Assembly: GCF_001194135.2 (NCBI RefSeq)
Contig: NC_068996.1
Coordinates: 38,042,308-38,081,423, forward strand
DNA from: Octopus bimaculoides
Lineage: Eukaryota
Direction of reading: 5' to 3'
Length of the DNA: 39,116 nt
Position numbers and translations under genes: made by a program. Of this stretch, positions 34,507 to 39,116 are shown in pieces; positions within the stretch are counted from its first letter, which is position 1, and each line of letters begins with the position of its first letter. The notes beneath the pieces are model-generated. The model ran no database searches. It saw only the letters and a list, made by a program, of their open reading frames with translations, and had not been told where the DNA came from.

Positions 34507-34861
34507 GTATATATATATATATATATATATAAGGTTTGTCATGGGATATGGTGGCAGAGAAAAAAAATATAGTAAAAAAAACAAACAGAAAGAAAAAGAG
34601 GAGAGAAGGAAGGAGGAGGAGAAGAAGAAGAAGAAGAAATGTAGACAGTATTTTGATAGGTTTCATAGAAAGAATGAAGTAGGGTGGGTGAGTATTAGAA
34701 TGGTCAATGAATGCAATGGAAATATACAATAGAAAAATGAAAAAAAAATGAAGACAATGTAGTAAATTAGGAATAGAGATATATAGAAATGTGTAAGGAA
34801 AATATTGGAAAGATAATGAGACATGTTGAGAATGTTAACCTTTTAGCATTTAAATCATTAG

Positions 34862-35030
34862 TACACTGGATGAAATGCTTAGTGGAATTTCACCTGTCAC
34901 TATGTTCTGAGTTCAAATCCCATCAAGGTCGACTTTGCCTTTCATCCCTTTGGGATTGATAAATTGAGTATCGGTGACTAGTTCCCTCCCCAAAAATTTC
35001 AGGCTCTGTACCTTTGGTAGAAAGGATTAT
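34862..35030 (+). mobile_element. SINE (family A), preceded by a lone piggyBac-MITE-like left end (TTAA at 34835)
   Basis: gaaatgcttagtgg...gagttcaaatcc...gtagaaaggattat. Confidence 0.7.
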
Positions 35031-35955
35031 ATTTAACAGAGTAACCTGAATGATAAAGAGTTAAGGTATTGAAAAGTTATAAAATATAAAGATTATGAAA
35101 GCTATTAAAGTTAAGAAATGTAGAACAAATACAAAAAAATTAAAAAGAAGTAATGCCCAGAAAGAAGAAATAAAGAAACAAAAGACAGGTAAAAAACAAT
35201 AAAATGAAACAGAGATAAAGAGCGGAAACTAGATATGGTAGGACATATGGATGGAAAGATATTTGAGTAAATGAGTCAAGTAAATAATTTAAGATGGGAA
35301 TAATGATGATGAAGAAGGTGAGTAGAACAAACAGATTGGATGACGTTATATACGGATACAATATCAGATGATAGTAATGATGATGATGGTAATGATCACA
35401 ACTAATTATAAAGATAACCAATGAACATATAAATAAAAACAGATTAATGGCAAATATGATGATACTATTGATATTCAGTGTGTAAGGAATGGATCCTAAA
35501 GCTGGCCGTGTCTGTGTAGAGTACGTATATCCAACAACTCATAGTGGCTCCAATAGGGGCTTGATGGGGATAGTGATCAAATCACTGATAAAGGAGATCA
35601 GTGGTGAAGGTAGTAGTAGTAGTAGTAGTAGTAGTTGTAGTAATGAGGATAATAGTGGAGTTGACTGTGATGCTGATTATTATGATGAGGATGTAACTAA
35701 TGCTCAGTTAAAGAGGCCACTTTGACTAGGAATCCAGGTTCACAGTTGTTGCTATCCTATTTGTTGATGGAATTCATTAGGGAGAGGAGTATACTTGAAT
35801 ACTTGCAGGCTGAACCTTCTTATATGCAAGCCATGGAAAAAGTGTCTACTCTCTTGAATTCAGGATGTTAGATGCAGACAGGATGTTCAATTTCTCAGCT
35901 AAGCACAGATTACATCTTATGCCTCATCTGTTATAGGTGTCTGCTTTACTGGTAG

Positions 35956-36724
35956 GATTGTTAATAACATTATCCTTCATGTGCCAGATATACTTAGACA
36001 ATGATGTAGAATACCTTATACTAAATTATAGATCGTATAAAGATGTTGTGTGGAGTGAAACTTAAATTTTCTACGAGCCCAATATATGATTTTTCTGTAT
36101 CTCCATTGTTGTGAACTTTGGCTTTATAGACAAGCACTTTTGCAAGACATTTATTATCCAACAGACATTGAAATTTGTTTCTAAAATTACAATCTTGTTG
36201 GATTAGATTTAAATTGTTTGTATGTGTAATTCCCTGATTGTAATTCAGTACCTGCAGCCCTATATTTTAGAAGCAGCTATAATTAACCTTGACCATGTAC
36301 TTATTGAATATTTTGATACATCTGTGATGACTGGAGAAATGCTTTCTTATAAGAGAGAGGAAACGTCCAATGATATTAGTTAATACATCAGTATAGTAAG
36401 ATGAATTAAACTATATCACTTTCTTAGCTCAAGGTTTAATTTTCTTGGTGGAAACAGTCTCTAAATACCTTATTTCATTGGTGAAGAAGTCACAGTCATA
36501 TTTTTAGCACATCATTGTAGTATGGGGAAGCACTATTCAATATATTCCTATTTGAAGACATGTTGGAAATATCTTTACTTACATTATCAACTATATTCCA
36601 AATAATGTTAAGTGGGTGTTTAGAACCTTTGTTAGCTTAAATATTGTCTTCATTTAGCTTATGGCATGGTTGGTGTAGGACTTTGTTTAGATCTAGAGTC
36701 AAGTCTAGAAAGTTCACCATCTTC
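35956..36724 (-). mobile_element. Penelope-like relic (RT thumb, linker, GIY-YIG)
   Basis: VNFLDLTLDL..HP..SASPYYNDVLK..VI*FN..IGRFLSLIRKHF..KIFNKYMVKVNYSC..CNFRNKFQCLLDNKCLAKVLVYKAKV..KSYIGLVEN..STSLSKYIWHMKDN. Confidence 0.8.
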
Positions 36725-37648
36725 ATATGGCTGGGTATTGTCAAAAATCATTGTAGTCATGACATTGATAACTAAGGAAGCCATTAATTAGTATTTTCAA
36801 ACAGTACAATCTCAAGATAACTCTTATGACTCTGTAGAAGAAATGACTTATTCTAGTGACTGATTCAGAAAAAAATATGCTGCCAACTACATACATAATG
36901 TTTTAACTTGCAAAAATGACTCTGTAAATATACCCTCATGACATAATGATATTATCAAATGATTTCTTTATACCAAACAATTTCTTTACCAAAAGTATGG
37001 ATATATGTATATTTTTTATAATAATTTCTGATGCCAATTTTAATATATTATGTAGTGCACTAGGAAGTGATCAAGTCTCATTATCAGAATTAGATTTAAA
37101 ATGAACTCTTAATTTATGAGCACCATTTATTGATTTGCCCTGAATGCGATATACTCTAATCATTCTCCTGCTTGGATGTATGTGTATACATGCCAGACTT
37201 TGTGAATGTGCACACATGTGTACTTGTGTGTGTATATACTTGGTCATGTGTATATATGAGTTTTTTATGTTTACATGGTATGTATTCAAATGTGTATACA
37301 TGTGAAAATCTTGCTAACACAAATGTCCAGTATGAAAGATAACTGGAAAGTAAAGAAAATAGGTCGTCTACTAAAGAAAGAGTAGGTAAGGATCAATAAA
37401 ATCTTATTGATATGTGACTTTCACGTGTCCAGCAAAATGATGTTCGACCAATTAACAATCTTGTGTAGTCTGTAATGAATCATTCAACTTCATGTGAAAA
37501 GTGTGTTTTCAAACTTTGCCTGTGAAGGAATTAGGAACATATGTGTCTGTCAAATTGAGTTATTTGATTAGACAGTGTTGTGTGCACTGGAGAGAAAATT
37601 GGGATCTGGTTTTATCCAGCTCTCTTAGTGAAGAAGAACTGAGACAAA

Positions 37649-37920
37649 ATGGTAACTAGAATAACCAGTCTCAATTGGAAATGAACCTTGAGAAAGCTAG
37701 CCATCAAGGGTCAGGCAGATGCTGTGAACACCTATGTCATGTCTATCATGTATTGCAGCCTGGCCAGTTCATATCTGATTGGACTGGATCTTCAGCTCTT
37801 TTGCTTTTTATAGAAAGGACACATTCCACTGATTAGGTGCTCTATTTGCTGTTAACACCCATTGTGTGAAGAACTAGGTATGCCATGGCTGGTGATGCAC
37901 AGGCATGCTGTGACATCGCA
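37649..37920 (+). mobile_element. L1/Tx1-like LINE relic (post-RT region)
   Basis: RKLAIKGQADAVNTYVMSIMY..LFCFL*KGHIPLIRCSICC*HPL..LGMPWL. Confidence 0.55.
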
Positions 37921-38813
37921 AGCAATTTCTTGAAGGTGAATTGATGTGGTTGCCATCTGTCAGACAGGATTTTTTTCTCCCAATTCACCTTTTTGACAGA
38001 ACTACAGTCTTGGATTAATGTTTTCAAGCAAAGACCAAAGCAGGATGTTGTCAAGTTCACCCAGCCCAGTGGTTCATGTCATTTCTTTCATCAATATTCA
38101 ATGTAATCAATCTTGCATAATGTTGTAACCAAGTTGGTAGCTATTGATTAATTTTCAGGTGTTACAGTATATTTCTTTTATAGCACATGTTGAACATGAA
38201 TCCTTAGAACTCTGTAAAAATAATATGCTGTCTTGCAAGTAAATACTACCAAATCAGACGACTCCATGTGAGGACATTTATGTAAGAGAAACAAAGAAAT
38301 ATAAGGAACCAAATGTAAAAAATAGGAATCAGTAGAATTGCACAGACTGTCCACCTATGCTACCTACTATAAATCAGGTACTAAGATGACCTGATCCTCA
38401 TAGTTTTAAATCTGACTTGCAATTACATTCACATCTGGACCTTAAATAATATACATTTTTATTGAACCCCCATAACATTGATGAATTTGTCCCATAAAAA
38501 AACTGCTTACCTTCATTTACAGACACAAATTCTTTATATACGTTTTCAGAAAAATAAAACTTTCACCAAGCACCAAACTAATACATTCACTATCTACATC
38601 CATTGTACCTAATGTCTAACACATTAGGTATTAAAAGCAATCATAGACAGAAGACAGTATTTCCCCTCAGTCAGAACAATCATAGTCATCACAAATAATA
38701 CTATTCTCTACATGTTCTCTAAATTATATTTATATACATATATTATACATTGTGAAATTTAATTTGGTTTTACTAAATTGAATATTCCTGTATGTTTGGA
38801 ATGATATATTCCC

Positions 38814-38820
<7 letters not shown>

Positions 38821-38856
<36 letters not shown>

Positions 38857-39116
38857 TAGTTTTATTTTTATAACGTACTTTCACTTCACTACCGAGCGCA
38901 GCTCTGTGCGCCTTGGGTATGTGCTGTGGTTTGCTGTGGTGCTCTTATGTTTACTGTATTGAAAGTGTTTTGCGTAGAATGTGTGCAGTACCCAGTAGTG
39001 CAATTTTCTGTATGTTATATATATTTGTAAGTCCTGGTGTTTTTGTTATGTATTTGTCTGAATATTTTTTTATTATACCTAAGGCACCTACTATGATAGG
39101 AATTGTTTCTGTTTTT
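38821..39116 (-). mobile_element. Second, identical 3' end of the Dong/R4-like retrotransposon, inverted
   Basis: 38839-39110 is the exact reverse complement of 1-272 (checked base by base). The (ATT)11 tail is at 38821-38853. Confidence 0.85.

Noticed and set aside
33546-34729. Long ORFs of 234-380 aa in the track
   Set aside because: Artefacts of the 680-N gap; only the RTE fragment at 34350-34506 is meaningful.
38511-38610. Minus-strand donor gaag|gtaagc as an exon end
   Set aside because: No open frame from any nearby acceptor.
1-39116. Giant TIR-bounded element (Polinton/Maverick or endogenous virus) suggested by the terminal inverted repeat
   Set aside because: The repeats are retrotransposon 3' ends with tails pointing inward and continue past the window edges. 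No integrase, pPolB, capsid or ATPase ORFs are present, and the interior is ordinary intronic and intergenic DNA.

Overview
AT-rich, microsatellite- and repeat-dense animal genomic DNA with three assembly gaps. The SINE and RTE families look like those of octopus; this taxon call is inferred from recognising the repeats. The only host gene I can support is missing from the ORF track: two minus-strand coding exons (19576-19460 and 8753-8627) splice in frame into a complete CIDE-N domain, most like DFFB/CAD. Its later exons were not found in the window. A CpG-enriched region with ETS motifs lies at about 18.5-19.8 kb. The rest is transposon-derived: identical inverted 3' ends of a Dong/R4-type retrotransposon at both window edges, older R4 relics, five Penelope-like relics, about ten RTE LINE pieces, at least three SINE families, CR1- and Tx1-like fragments, and four DNA-transposon derivatives with recognisable ends (maT/DD37D, hAT MITE, piggyBac-type MITE, and a TIR element encoding a SAP+SWIM N-terminus). 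The most unusual small structure is a tRNA-Thr-like sequence whose acceptor stem is directly extended by a 21-bp inverted repeat (4761-4873). Coordinates of degraded repeats are approximate (about 10-30 nt). All homology calls come from manual translation and motif recognition, not database searches.
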